Assembly: GCA_964016885.1 (NCBI GenBank)
Contig: OZ024741.1
Coordinates: 336,164,001-336,228,000, forward strand
Reading direction: 5' to 3'
Length of the DNA: 64,000 nucleotides
Source: Eledone cirrhosa
Taxonomy: Eukaryota
How positions within the stretch are numbered: position 1 is the first letter of the stretch; the number at the start of each line of letters is the position of its first letter. The notes below the pieces were generated by a model that was given only the letters and a program-made list of their open reading frames with translations, was not told where the DNA came from and ran no database searches. Shown in pieces: positions 37,437 to 51,886 of the stretch. The translations under genes were made by a program, and so were the position numbers.

Positions 37437-37731
37437 AGTTATGTTGGTACCACAACATCCAGTCCTAAATAAATGAGGTCGTGTAGGTGTCACAACAAAA
37501 AAAAAAACACACAGTCCATGCTGTAATGTGGCCATGTAGGTAACACGGTAAAAACCTCCCAGTGCACACTGTAAACCTGGTTGGTTTAAGGAAGGGCATC
37601 CAGCCGTAGAAAACCTGCCAGACAGTCCTATATGAGCGAGACGACCAATCTCGCCTCAAGTGGGACAATTCCCATCTAAACCCATGGTAGCGTGGAAGAT
37701 AGACGTTAAACGATGATGATGATGATGATGA
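37437..37731 (+). mobile_element. RTE 3' UTR fragment in TA repeat
   Basis: Matches 6675-6970; ends gacgttaaacgatgatgat. Confidence 0.85.
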
Positions 37732-40673
37732 TATATATAAGTTTATCCTGGGTTCAATCTAGTCCTGTAGAAGCCTTTCTATATTAAATATATATATATA
37801 TATATTCACATACATCAAGGTTCATCAAGCTGCTAAAACTAATATACAATTTATGTGGAAGGCTTTTTAAATGTATTTCTGTTATAAGAAGCCACAGATG
37901 ATATCATGCCAGAATTGAGCATCAATGTACACTGGAGTGGTCAACCTTTGTATTGAGCAGACAACCAGTATATATCTATATATAGGTATGTATAAATGTG
38001 TATATATGGTAAATACATAGACCAACACCATTGCTTCCACAATTATGTATACCTGGACAATGCGGGAGAGAGATTTTGTTGAAGCTCTTTCCTCACACAT
38101 TCTGTGACCTCTTCAATGACTAATTGTCCTTTTTTGTCTTCTCTTCTTTCTGGCATTATTCTTTTCGTAAATACATAAAGAAAGAAATATATATATAATA
38201 TATAAAAAAATAAATCATGAATAAAGAAATAAAGAAGTAAATACATAAATAAATAAATGAATAAATAAATGAGAAAGTAGCATGATAGCAGTTTCTTTGA
38301 TTTGAAGGGAAATATTTATGTAGTGTGAAATAACACCAGAGTTTGAACTGAGATGTTCCAGATGTATAAAATAGGTTTATTGTAATTGAAATGGAATATT
38401 TAGTGTAATCAGATAATACTTCTGAGTCTGAATAGGAATCGTCCAATATAATTAGATGAAATATTTTGAAATTTAATATAAATATTACTGTGAAATGAGA
38501 TAAGATAAAGATTTTTGTTTTCAATCTTAGAGTAATAAGTTGCTGCATTGTGTCATGTATTTCCACATAATTACTTGATATGTTGACAATGACAGATTAT
38601 TTTTGATAAAATTTTGACACAAAGTAACATTTGTTCCATGTCAATCATTCTTAGGGGTTAGATTAATCCTGGTCCTTGTTATAAATTTACTTGTAGATAA
38701 TCAAAGAAACTCATCAATATCTGATTTGACAATTAGGTTACAAATTATCACTGACATCTGAAGAGGATTAGTTAGGCTTAGAACAAAGATATCACATAGT
38801 TATAGAATATTCATTCGAACTATTTTTTCTTTCCCTTTCATATATATATATAAAAATATATATATATATATATATATATAAATACATATTCCATTATAAT
38901 AATAATATTTGAGTGAGAGATTTAGGTTGTAAAATTAATAAACATTGTCAAACTGTGTTTTATTTAAGATGACAGAACATCAATTCATTGCTGTAATAAT
39001 TTTATTTTGCACTTCCATTAACAAGCCAGAACTACTTACAATACTTTAGATGTTTCAGACCAAATACATTAACTCAAACTTTTTTTTTAAATAACATTTC
39101 GGCAAAAGAATTAGGGCAGAGTAAAACTGTATTCGAAGACAATATTGAACCAAACTTCTCAACTTTATTGTTTTATTGATTACAGTGTATCAGATGATTG
39201 TGTTAGAATATTTATGGGCACATGTGAAGGAGTCTGCCTTAATGGGTAGAGAACTGGATTCACAATCATGAGGTTGTGAGTTCGATTCCCAGACCAGGCA
39301 ATATGTTATGTCCTTGAGCAAGACACTATATTTCACGTTTCTCATTCTGCCAGAGGTTGTGACTAGTAGATAATATCAGTGGAAAGACCAATGGAAACAT
39401 TGTTTCCTTGGTTTTACTTAACGAGTTCCACCTCACTCAGAAACTGAATGAGGTTTGAGATTTTGTTGATTGACTCCCTTTTTTATATATGGGTACAGTC
39501 ATGACTGAGTAGTTAAGAGTTCAAAATTATTGTGTAGAACCTTCAGCAAGTGGAATATAGCCGAGGATTAATGAATGCTGTGTGAGTGGAATTTTGCAGA
39601 AGCCTGTAATCTATCTATATACAACTAAAACTTTGTGATTGTGTGCTTGTCTGTAATTTAATGCAGCCAAAATGGCGCATAATGGGAAAATACTTTGAAA
39701 GGAAGTTGCCTCTGAAATGGGAATACAAATGGAATAAAACAAGTTTTGCGTAAATTGGAGCAAGGGTTCCCGAGATACAGGCTTTTCCAGGTACCTTCAA
39801 AGATAAAGAGAGAGAAAGATAACGAGAAAGAGATAGTGCTTGTGAGAGAGTAGATTGAACGAGAGAGAGAGAGATAGAGACAGAGAGAGAGAGAGAGACA
39901 GAGAGAGAGAGTGTGAGAGAGAGAGAGAGAGGGAGAAGGAGACAGAAAAGGAAAATGGAAGAAAGAGAGAGCTGGTGTTGTTGTTGAATGAAATTAAAAC
40001 AAGTGACTTCAAAGAATCGAATACAGTATTACTGTATCTAGCTCGAATTTAGTGCCTAAATATTAAGTCATATGTATCATATAACTTGTGTAGTGAAAAT
40101 TTCCTGCTTAATAGGAAGGGTTTCTAAGTGTATATGTGTGTGTATATATGTGTGTGTATATATATATGTGTGTGTGTGTATGTGTTGTGACCAGGTCACA
40201 GACACCCGCATATATATATATATATATACACATGCGCGCCCACGCACACACATACACACATATATATATATGGGCCTTCCAATCTCATTTTACAGTTTAC
40301 ATATACACAAACATATATATATGTCTGTATATTTTAATTATTTAAAAATTATTTTTAAGTGAACATGCTTTTAAAAAAATATTTTTAAGCGAACAGGATT
40401 TTTAAAATGTATTTTTAATCAAATGTGATCCAAAGGGCCACGGATGGTCAAGTATATATATGTGTGTGTGCTTTTGTTCGTGTGTTTACATTTGTGCCTG
40501 TCCTGAAACTTTGACAAAATATGTACTGGGTTAATATGATCAACTAACTCAAAGCAGTGCCCCAGCGTAGCTGCAGTCTCCAGTCTGAAACAAGTAAAAG
40601 AATATATATCTATGTATATATATATATATATATACATGTATATCTATTCATATATTATTTACATATATATATA

Positions 40674-41016
40674 CATCATCATCATCATCATCATTTTACG
40701 TCCGCTTTTCCCTGCTTGCAAGGGTGGGACGGGAACTGATTCTGGCTTGATTTCTACAGCTGGATGCCCTTCCTAACACCAACCTCATTTACAGTGAGTG
40801 CTGGGTGCTTTTTTGCCGTGGCACCTCCACGACCACTTTGCAGTGGAATGATATGGACCCCAGTCCCTATCATCTCATTTCTACAGCTGAGTAAACTGGA
40901 GCAATGTGAAATAAAGTGTCTTGCTCAAGGAAACAACACATCACCCGGTCTGAGAATTGAACTCACAACCTTTCGATTGCAAGGCCAATGCTCTAACCAC
41001 TAAGCCATGTGCCTCC
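40674..41016 (-). mobile_element. tRNA-derived SINE with RTE-type 3' tail (full copy)
   Basis: Minus strand: ggaggcacatggcttagtggttagagc (A box) ... gagttcaattc (B box) ... gtgttaggaagggcatccagc ... gcggacgtaaaa(tga)n. Confidence 0.88.
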
Positions 41017-41029
41017 ATACATATATAAT

Positions 41030-41208
41030 ATAATTGTTTCTACTTTTGGCACAAGGCCAGTAATTACCCAGTGGTACTTTATTTTATCGACCCCGTAAGG
41101 ATGAAAGGCAAAGTTAACCTCGGCGGGATTTGAACTCAGAATGGCAAGGGCCGTAACTCTATGCGTCAAAGCATGGCGCCAGACCCTCTAACGATACTGC
41201 CAATCCAC
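41030..41208 (-). mobile_element. Second SINE family, copy
   Basis: Reverse complement of the 18548-18740 sequence. Confidence 0.8.
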
Positions 41209-41489
41209 CAATATAATATAATATATATGTATATATATATATCTTTTTATAGTTGTACCGTTGAATAATGATGACTTAATCAAACATTTTATTCCCTTGT
41301 GCCAAAACATCCGTCACCAAATGGGTTGGTGCCAAAATGATTTCAGCACCGAAATGGCCATGCCAAGTGGCCAATACCAAAAACAGCAGTTGTATGCAAT
41401 CGTCCCATTTTGTTTTTTTCTTAAGAGCTTCAAGTGGTTCAACATTCTCTGTTGTTTGTATTTCATTTCATTCACTTCGTTAAATCTTA

Positions 41490-41990
41490 ACATCCCATAA
41501 TGATTTAGAAGAGAATATCTTATGATGGGTTTGTTAATTAAATTGTTTTTAGAATCTTTAAAAGTGGATAGATTGTGAAAAAATTGCAGCATTATCTCTT
41601 AATATCCTGGAAATATCTAAAATGGGTTTGTTAATTCAAATATTTATTGTATCTTTACTGTATCTTTACATTGTGAAAATTTGCAGTATTATCTCTTAAC
41701 ATCCTGTAATAATTTAGCAGAAAATATCTAAAAGTGGGTTTGTTATTTCAAATATTTATTGTATCTTTACTAGTGGACAGATCTTTGTGAAAATTTGCTG
41801 TATTACCTCTTAATATCTTATAATGATTTAGCAGAAAATATCAAAAAATATTTTTGTTAATTCAAATATTTATTGTATTTTTACTGGTGGAAAGATTGTT
41901 GTGAAGATTTTCAGTATTATCCTTTAACATCCTATAATGTTTTAGCAGCAAATATCTAAAAATGGGTTTGTTAATTCAAATGTTTGTAGT
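41490..41990. repeat. ~105-bp tandem repeat, 4-5 copies
   Basis: Recurrent aaatatctaaaatgggtttgttaattcaaatatttattgtatctttac...cagtattatctcttaa. Confidence 0.8.
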
Positions 41991-43589
41991 ATTTCAAGAG
42001 ATAATACTGAGAAAGAAATTATTTTGAAAATAATCAAGAATTTAAAGTGATTTAATAAAATAGCTATGTTTCTCATTATTTCTGGTTATTGGAATAAAAT
42101 TTAACAAAGCTTCTTACATAAAATTTTATGAAAGCTTTTTACATAAATATAAACACTTTATAATGAACAGGTTTGTATTGTGGAATCATGGACAAATTCA
42201 GGCAGTTTGGTATCAAATGGGTTAACTACAAGTGTCTGAGTAGATCTTTAGTCGAAGGGTACCGTCCAATCTTCCCCTCACCAGTTTTGGAGGCCCTGAA
42301 AAGCACCATGAACAGTACCGTTTCTATTCTGGTTAAACCATAAAACAGAAAAGAATAAATAAAACATACAATTCCTATATATATATGTTATTTTTTATTT
42401 TAAATTACACATCCGTATATAGATTCACACATACATGTATACATATATACATACAAGCATTCATAGACCTGCATACATGCACACACACTATCATACATAT
42501 ATAAAAAACATACATGCATGCATACATACTTACATATGCACATACATACATACATATACACACCTCTACACACACACTCACACAACATATGACATGGGCT
42601 CATATTGTCTTTAGTGAAAACACATAAATCAATTATTCTTTTCAGTGGGGAATCGGTAATCCTATATTAAAATTATGTTCTCTATAGTGATGATAGTAGC
42701 CCAGCATGGCCACAGCCACTGTCCAATGACTGAAAACAGTGGAAGAATCCCAGCCAGATAAAACATATCACGTATCACGTTTACTCATCTAGCTCATAAA
42801 TAAAGACAACACTACCATATTTCAGTAAACTAGTAAAATGTTCACCTTACTATAAATCTCAAGCTTCCAGAAATTTCTGTCGATATATAAATTCATTGTG
42901 ACATCTAACACCTGCTTGGATAAAATCAAATCATAGAAATGGGTGTGTATATATATATATCGTATGGTATTGTATGTATGTATGCAACACCCTCCCCATA
43001 TATATATATATATAACTACTCAAACATATACATACACACTCACATATATGTGTGTATGGGTGGGGCCTTGCATGCATGCATACAATACAATACAATACAT
43101 AAAATTCCTGACAATTTTTTATGACTGAAATAATTCTAGCCCTATAGAAGTCATATCTATATATATACATATATATTCTTCATAGTTGGGGTTTGAGAGT
43201 TTATTTTAAACACGTACCTGTTCAGTGACAAGATTGTTGATAATTCTTTTTTGTATATTTTTAAGGTGTTTTCTTTTTTCTTTTGTAATCCTTTCTACAG
43301 TTATTAACTCTTTAAATTCCTTTAGCACTTTATTATCTTACATCCTTCCAAACATATGTAGTATATGAATTATAAAGTTACGTTATTGCACCAACAATGC
43401 AAGTTGTGCTATAGTTTGATCTAAATTTATTGTTTTGTACTTAAACAGTTGCTACAGTAACAATTGGCCTTAACCTGAGAGTGTATTTTAGGGACTGCAT
43501 TGTCAGGCTCCTCATTAATGTTATATAGTTGTTTTCTTTCTCTGTGTATATGTATGCAATGAGTATGGGAGAGTCTACCTCAGCAATGC

Positions 43590-43900
43590 TGCGCTAAAAA
43601 AGTCACAAAAGGAGCCATCTAAAAAGGGCTGATGTAGATTATGTATGTGTGTATGGTACAATCTGCCATCAATTTGGTAAAGTCTGCCAATCAGCAGGTT
43701 TGAAGTGGCACATCAACATATATGGCAACCTGCCATTGATTCTTGTTGCCAAAGGCCATGTCTGTAACATCTGTGTCAGAAAATGTAAGACTCTTGCTGG
43801 CTTAAAAAGTCATATCTGTGCTACACACATGCAGAAGTGTTTTTGAAAATTTCAAGCGATGGCTACACTTGAGTTCAAGGTAGCTGCCATCATGTATGTA
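43590..43900 (+). mobile_element. 3' end of a LINE with C2H2 fingers and (ATGT)n tail
   Basis: CNICVRKCKTLAGLKSHICATH; tail related to 37320-37360. Confidence 0.55.
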
Positions 43901-45254
43901 CGATCACTCTTTCTCTTAATTTTGAGTTTACTTTTTGACTAGCCACCTTCCTGGTGGCAAGATTGTAAAGAAAGGAAATGGTCATTGTCTCATGTCAGCT
44001 TTCATCCTTTGAAACGTAAGAATGTTTTACAAATTTTGAAGGTTCCAAATATCACAGACACGCATCTATGTATTTTTGTATGTATGTATGCATGCATGTT
44101 TGTCATCATCATCATTTTACGTCCGCTTTTCCCTGCTTGCTTACCTATACAGGTATTTTTGCTGGTCTAAATAAAACTCAATATTTTAAATGAACATTCA
44201 TTCCACAAAGATTTATTGTTAGTTGAGAAAATGTATATATCTTCTAATCCTTTTGATACTAAACTGCCTGAAATTGCCCTGGATTTAGGATACAAAACTT
44301 CTCATTTTAAAATGTTTATCCTTCCATGGAAATCTAGAAATTTTATTTTAGAAATTTTGTTAAGTAATATTCTAAATATCAGTTTACTAACTTATTCATT
44401 TTTATTAAATTACTCAAAATTTTTTATTATTTTCAAAACTAATTGAAACACTGTATGTATTTGAAACACTGTAATGTATTTCATTAGACATATAATTATG
44501 AAAAGGTTAAAATATCCACTATCAGATCCTTAACTGTAGGTAAATTGCTTCTGTGGATAAAATGAATTGTGCCTGCAGTTGTATTGTATTTGTAGATGTA
44601 TCAGTGCATATGAAGATCCCATAGTATATGTAATAAGTTCTTTATCTCAAGCTGGAATTATTCTGGGTAGTTTTTCATGAGTGTTGTGTTTTATTTTGTG
44701 TCAATACATTGATAAAAATATAATTTCTAGATTCGATTCTCTAAATATATATATATATTTTTTCTCTCCAGAACTTGAAATTTTCACTTGCCATATTTTA
44801 AATCCAATAATAGCTTAAATTGCTAAATAAGTCCTTTCTTTAGTGTTGAAAATTTTTCAAAACTAAAAACTAAATAAATATACAATAAAACAACTGCCTG
44901 CTTAACTCTGCAAAAGGCAATATTTTTTTTGTCTTATTTCTTTCTGTCCTATATTTACTTAAGAATTTCAAAATATTAAATTGTTGTTAATTTTATTAAA
45001 AGTGTTTCTGTCATTATGTTTCATATCAAGTCTGTCAGGTATTAATCTTTTAAAGATATCACAAAAAAAAAAAAAAAAAATTAAATTTAAATCTAAAAAC
45101 AAAAACAAAGCTGAAACAACAAAAGAACATCAAGTAGATTGATTCTTCTGTATTTGATTGGCAATTTATGAGCATTCCTCTACTTCAGTTCTGTCAAACT
45201 GAAATACTAAAGGTAATTTTGAATAAAGAGAAATGAAATCTGTGATGATAATTC

Positions 45255-45646
45255 TGATGTTGACAATAACAATAACAACAGCAACAATGATGACAATAGC
45301 AACCACAACAACAATAATAACAACAGCAACACTAACAATAATAACAACAGCAACACTAACAATAATATCAATAATAACAGCAACAATAACAATAATAACA
45401 GCAACAATAACAACAACAATAACAATAATAACTATAACAATAATAACAGCAACAATAATAACAACAATACAATAACAATAGCAATAATAACAATATCAAC
45501 CACAAAACAACATCATCAAAAATAACAGCAGCAACAATAACAACAACAAAAATAACAGCAGCAACAATAACAACAACAAAAATAACAGCAGCAACAATAA
45601 CAACAACAAAAATAACAGTAGCAACAATAACAATAATAACAATAAC
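45255..45646. repeat. (AAC/AAT/AGC) trinucleotide array with 30-bp superperiod at its end
   Basis: aataacagcagcaacaataacaacaacaaa repeated 3-4 times. Confidence 0.9.
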
Positions 45647-46700
45647 TGAGAGTTAATAAAAAAAAAAGGAATATTCAAAAAAGAAGCAGAAAGCAATGAG
45701 TAATTATTATAAAGAAAAAGGGGTATGAAATATGGGTTCAAAGGTTAATATATCATCTAGCTCGAGTGTATGAGAAAAGAATTAACTATAAAATGGTTTA
45801 CTTTGCTGTTCCTATTTCTAGAAAAGCCACAGCAAAACTTTCAACAACGACATTGTATTTAAGATGAAAGACACAGGAGCGAAATTTATGAAGTGGCTGT
45901 AAAAATAACTGTTTACCAGTGTCTAGGGAAATAACTACAGCCATCCTGCCTGAATTCACTGAACAGGAAAAAAATTATTATCGTTGTTTTAAAGCTTGCC
46001 TTGAGCTGGATTCTGGTATTTCTCGAGTGATTTACATCATGTTCATTGTACTGACCTTTCGTCCGTGAAAAGTTGTCGTCAAAGAATGTGGTGTAAGTTA
46101 CAGAATATTTCAGCTTTTTCTAATTAAGATTTTTCGAACAGGAGCCATAATTTACTTTTACAAATGGGAAATGCTGAGCTGAATGTGAGTATTTTGATGT
46201 ACGATGTACGAATCGCTGGTTATGAAAAACCACAAGCAACAGTAATGGTGTACTGCACTGCTGGGGGGCGCAATTTCTTCCTTAATGCTACAGCTGAATA
46301 GAAAGCTATTTTTAAAAGAAACCAGAGAAAGAAAGAGAACAACAACTAATATATAAAATGAAAAAAACAAAAGAAGAGAAATATTGCTGCAAAGAATAGC
46401 ACAGCATTACTGGTCAGTATTTCTAGTTAGCTAGAGGAAAGAAGTTTTCTTTTCCACTGTTTTTCGGTTTATTGTCAAGCAAGGATTTATCAAAATGAGA
46501 ACTCAGTGAAATGGCAAGAATAAAGATAATCTTTTGTTGTTGTTTTCTTTTCTTTTCTTTATTTTTTTATTTCTTTATTGATTAATATAGTTCAATTCTA
46601 GAAACATCTTAATTATGACCCTTGTTGTGTTGTTTTAATGCTGCTGTTTCATAGAATAGCAGCTTAATCACAAGTTTCCACTGTAACAAAAAGAAGGAAC

Positions 46701-46733
<33 letters not shown>

Positions 46734-46989
46734 GTTTCTTATATGGGCACAAGGCTAACAATTTTCGGAGAGGAGAAAGTCCATTGAATTGATGATGATG
46801 ATGATAATAATAATAATAATGGTTTCAGATTTAGGCACAAAGCCAACAATTTTCAGGTGGAAGGGAAAGTCCAAATAGATGATAATAATAAAAATAATAA
46901 CAGTAATAATAACAACAACAACAATAATAATATTAATATTAATAGCAATAGGAACAACAGCAGCAACAGCAATACTGCTACTACTGCTA

Positions 46990-47181
46990 ATAATAATTGT
47001 TTCTACTTTAGGCACAAGGCCAGCAAATTACCCAGTACATTACTGGTACTTTATTTTATCGACCTCGTAAGGATGAAAGGCAAAGTTAACCTCAGCGGGA
47101 TTTGAACTCAGAATGGCAAGGGCCATAACTCTATGCTACAAAGCATGGTGTCCGACCCTCTACCGATACTGCCAATCCACC
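46990..47181 (-). mobile_element. Second SINE family, copy in (TAA)n
   Basis: Near-identical to 41030-41208. Confidence 0.8.
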
Positions 47182-48000
47182 ATCCTAATAATAATAATAA
47201 TAATGATTTCATTTATTAGCCACAAGGGCCCCGACAATAATAATAATAATGATTTCTTTATTTCTTTATTTATTTTTATTTCTTTATTATTTTTTTAAAT
47301 TTTTTTTATTTTAATAATAATAATAATAATAATTTACCATTTGAAGAAAGGAATGAGTTAATCCTGGCCATTCTTTAGTTATTCCTATCAATCATTCAGT
47401 TTTGAAAGACAAGCGTGTGAAATGGCTGTGACTATAGTTTTTCATTCATTTCTTTTCATTACTTTTTATTGTTTCTTTGGTTTTTTTTTTAAATTTGTGT
47501 TTGTTTTGTGTTTTGTGTTTTCTTTGCTTGTCGTGAACCCCTCCCCACTAAAACAACAAACAAAAACAATACATTATTCAGTGTAGAGATATGCTACACA
47601 CACACACAAAGAGTCGTCGTTGTAATTTAGCAATTTCAGAAGTAATAAGCTGCCATCATTAAAAGCTAAATGGCTCCTACACCAAAGTTTTATATTCTGA
47701 CTACTATGAATTTTGAGAAATATAACCATTCTAAGCTTTTGTTTGTTTATTCATTTATTTATTTTATTTTATTTATATATTTTATTTAGTTATTTATATA
47801 TTTATTTATTTATTTTACTCCTTTATTATTGATAATATTATTATTATTATCATTATTATTATTATTGATTCAAATACCTAAATTCTTTGAAATGCTGTTG
47901 TGTTGTTTTAGATGTCACAACAACTACAATAAAAATAATAAAATGTAAAATAAAAAAAATTCACTTTAGAAAAAATACAGAGAGAGAATCAGAGAAGAAT

Positions 48001-48071
<71 letters not shown>

Positions 48072-48080
48072 GGGAGAGAG

Positions 48081-48113
<33 letters not shown>

Positions 48114-48844
48114 AGAAGAAGAAGAGATGTAAGAAAGAGGATTAGAAGAAGAAGAGATTTAAGAAAGGGGAGGAGAGTTAGAAGAAGTAGAGATGTGAGA
48201 AATGGAAAGAGGGTTAGAAGAAGAATAAGAAGTGATGTAAGAAAGAGAAAGATACTCTAGTCTAGTAACGGCATCTATTGTTTTTTATGCAATACTGCAC
48301 ATAGATTTTTAGCTTTCACTTTTGGTTTCAAGGCAGTGATATTCTTTACTTTGTTCTACGAAGGGGAATATGTAGAGTTAGTTTATCTGAGGCAGCCTTG
48401 CAATGTTGTATCTTCAGGCTATATCAATTTATTATGAATGGCAACTATTGGATTTTTTCTTTTAAGTGTTAACTTTCCCAATAAAGTCTTTGTTGTGTTT
48501 ATGTCAGAGAAAGTGAAAATGTATGCAACGTGCAAAATAATTTTCCATTTTTCATTACCAAGAGAAAGGAGTAACCAAAGAAATATGTGACACACACATA
48601 TTCTGTATTATATATTCTGCACTGAATGTAATTTGCAGAAAGAGAAGGACCTGTTATATATATATATATACATATATATATACATATATATATACACACA
48701 TATATATATATATATGTGTGTATATATATATGTATATATATATATATAGAGAGAGAGAGAGAATGAGGGAGATGTTATATATGTGTATAGACACCCCCCA
48801 CACACACACATATATATATATATATAACGAAGGAAATGTGGTAA

Positions 48845-48991
48845 GGAACCAGATGGACCATAACGCACCAGAGTACTCAATACTTAGGATAGTAGAGTGG
48901 GCAATAGGAAAAAGTATGACCTTTTTTCCTATTACCCACTCTACTATCCTAAGTATTGAGTACTCTGGTGCGTTATGGTCCATCTGGTTCC
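48845..48991. repeat. Near-perfect ~69-bp-stem palindrome in TA repeats
   Basis: ggaaccagatggaccataacgc... / ...gcgttatggtccatctggttcc; same repeat family as 1867-1945. Confidence 0.9.
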
Positions 48992-49100
48992 TATATATAT
49001 ATATATTTTGAGTATATGTTGGTTGTATACCAACACCTCAGTATGCAGATTGGAGCACTCGACGAAGTGTGCAGGTTGGTTTGGTTACTCCAGAGTAATG

Positions 49101-49476
49101 TAAAATAAAATAAATAAGTCAAATGTTTAAAATTTGGCTTCGTTTATTACTGTTACATATATTTCGGTGACAACCATCTTTGGCTGTGACCTCTTCAGGC
49201 AGTCTGAATTAGTGTGGTAGAGACGAGTACACATGTTGTTGAGGTGTTTAACTTTGTGTTTAACTATGATTCCAGTTCCTCAGTGAAATAACAACTCAAC
49301 CAGGAACTGGGCATATCAGAGTATTGACAAAGTTAAACACCTCAACAACATGTGTACTCGTCTCTACCACACTAATTCGGACTGCCCGAAGAGGTCACAG
49401 CCAAAGATGGCTGTCACCGAAATATATATAGCAGTAATAAACGAAGCCAAATTTTAAACATTTGACTTATTTATTT

Positions 49477-49483
<7 letters not shown>
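49101..49483. mobile_element. Penelope-like pLTR fragment as ~157-bp inverted pair containing a minimal hammerhead motif
   Basis: Arms 49101-49257 and 49327-49483; consensus actgc-CTGAAGA-ggtcacagcc..ggctgtcacc-GAAA-tatat-RTA-gcagt-AATAAA. Confidence 0.7.
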
Positions 49484-49528
<45 letters not shown>

Positions 49529-50594
49529 TATTGATAATCATTCATAGATATTATTTCAAAATTTAATTTAACCTATTTTCTTGTCCCCAGGCTATATAGC
49601 TTATAGCAGATATTCTGGAACTGATATACCTATTTTTGTTTTTTATTCTCAACCCTTATATATAGGGATGGAATATGACCTCCTTTTCTTCATGTCATAA
49701 TTTATTTGTTGTACACTTTCTAAATCTTAACCATATTGACATACTGCCAAAAGTATTTGCATTTATTTGTCATAAACACCCTCTTCATTAAAATATATCT
49801 TCTTTCTGTCTGTATCACCCAATGATCTAATAACATATTCTGAGAAGATTCACTAAATAATATCACTATTGGAATAATGTGAAGTCTTTCAAAAGAAAAC
49901 AAAACAAAAACGGTTTCCAAATTAGAGTTGGCTGAAAAGTTTATAGGCTAACTAAGATACTCTCATGAAATGACCAAATGAGGTTTATTTTTCAATGTGA
50001 AGTCTTCCATAAGAAAAAGAGACTAGAAGCATTTCCCAATCTATATTAGATTACTTAAAATCTTTTCAACAGAATTGACAGAACATTTTCAGGTATTTCT
50101 TTCTTGTGTCTTTCATTGAAATATACACAACTACTATATTGAACTGATTTTATTGGATATACACTTACGCCACCTACAGTTGCTATTATGTAAAACTATA
50201 AGCAATCATTATTGTTGTTGTGTTATGGTTTGTTTATTGGTCTATTCTAATATTAAAATATCCTGCAATAGCCTGCGTCTGGATGGTTACAATGTGTGTG
50301 TGTGTATCTATGTATGTATATTGTATGCATATATGTGTGTTTGTATGTATGTTCTTCTGGTTTTATAATTTTATAAATTTTTTGCAATGGAGAGAGAGAG
50401 AGTCAGTTTCTAACAGACACAATACTCTCTCATTGGAATTTACACATCAACTATGTATGTTGTTTGTATGCATGTTTGCATGCATGCATGTGTATAGGTA
50501 TGCATGTTAATGTATGTGTGGATGTGGATGTTTTGAATTATATGTGTGCACGTGTACATGCTTTGTAACTGTACATGTGTATATGCAGTTATTA

Positions 50595-50945
50595 GATGCA
50601 GAATGTTTGTAATGTTTTACATATTTTAACTTCTCCATTAATGGATTGTGCTTGTAATTTTCTAACAAGTTATGTTTTTTCTGTTTCTGTGAACCCCAGC
50701 TTCTCAAGATTTGTACTGAGGCAGTTTCTAACACATCCCAGTGTCCCAATAATCACAGTCATAAATCTGAAGGTATACTCAGGGTGGAGTATCTGCAGAT
50801 TTCTCATTAGTTCTGCATAGATATTCTCCTTTTTGCTAATCTTTAATATTATATTGGCATCTGCTGGGCAGCTAACTTCGACAATTCTGCATGCCTTCTT
50901 TTCCCTGTCCCATATCAATAGATCTGGTCTGTTATGCTTGCATAT
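50595..50945 (-). mobile_element. Restriction-like-endonuclease non-LTR 3' fragment (third family)
   Basis: CKHNRPDLLIWD..IVEVSCPAD..K...Y..L..VIIGTLG. Confidence 0.78.
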
Positions 50946-51529
50946 TCCACCATTACTCTTCCATATTATGTATGTGTATATCAATGTATGTATATAAGTA
51001 TGCACAGCAAATACATTGTCAGCCACTCTTTTATTGTGCACAGAGATTTCAGATAACCATATATTTCTTAATCAGGTGTAATATTCCCTGGTTACGTGTT
51101 CCTTGTTAAATACAGCCACTCTATTCCAGTGAATGAAAGAGAGAAAGAGAGCCAGAGAGTGTGATAGAAAGAAAGTAATAAAGGAGATATCGATGAAGAA
51201 TCAACTCCAGTACTTCACTGGTAGTTTTTTTTATCAAACTCAAAGTGATGAAAGGCAAAGTTGATCTTAACAAAATTTGAACACAGAGAATGTAGAGAGA
51301 GAGCTGAAATAAACGCCACAAAGCATTTTATCTGACATTCTAATAACTCTGTTAATGATGGAGTATGACTCACAAATTGTATGCTAGGTTTACAGCCAAG
51401 GTATTTGGCTCCTTTAATCACTTGGAGCATTTATCATATTGTAATTATATAATTAACAGCAGCAACAATGTTCTATCATAATGTCAGCACATTAAATCTA
51501 CAAACCTTGCATTGAATGATGGAGAAAGA

Positions 51530-51725
51530 CATAGAAAACTGACTGTTAATGTAGAATAGTTACTGTTAATATAGAAAACTGACTGTTAATGAAGAAAACT
51601 GACTGTTAATGTAGTGACTGTTAATGTAGTGACTGTTAATGTAGTGACTGTTAATGTAGTGACTGTTAATTGTTAGTGTAGAGAACTGACTTAATGTAGA
51701 AAACTGACTGTTAATGTTGAAAACT
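51530..51725. repeat. 15/20-bp minisatellite
   Basis: gtgactgttaatgta and agaaaactgactgttaatgt units. Confidence 0.85.
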
Positions 51726-51792
51726 CACAGACACACTCTTAACAGCTTTCCACAGTATGTCTGAAGTTTCAAAAAGTAATTACACTTTTAGT

Positions 51793-51851
<59 letters not shown>

Positions 51852-51852
51852 G

Positions 51853-51886
<34 letters not shown>

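Noticed and set aside
39855-40052. RE-dipeptide ORFs (also 47887-48132)
   Set aside because: (GA)n microsatellite.
40940-41016. tRNA genes
   Set aside because: A/B boxes belong to SINE heads; no complete cloverleaf recognised.
43649-43846. Host C2H2 zinc-finger gene
   Set aside because: Short and degenerate, followed by a LINE-type tail shared with 37320-37360.
45207-45741. Poly-Leu signal-peptide-like ORFs (also 53160-53498)
   Set aside because: Trinucleotide repeats.
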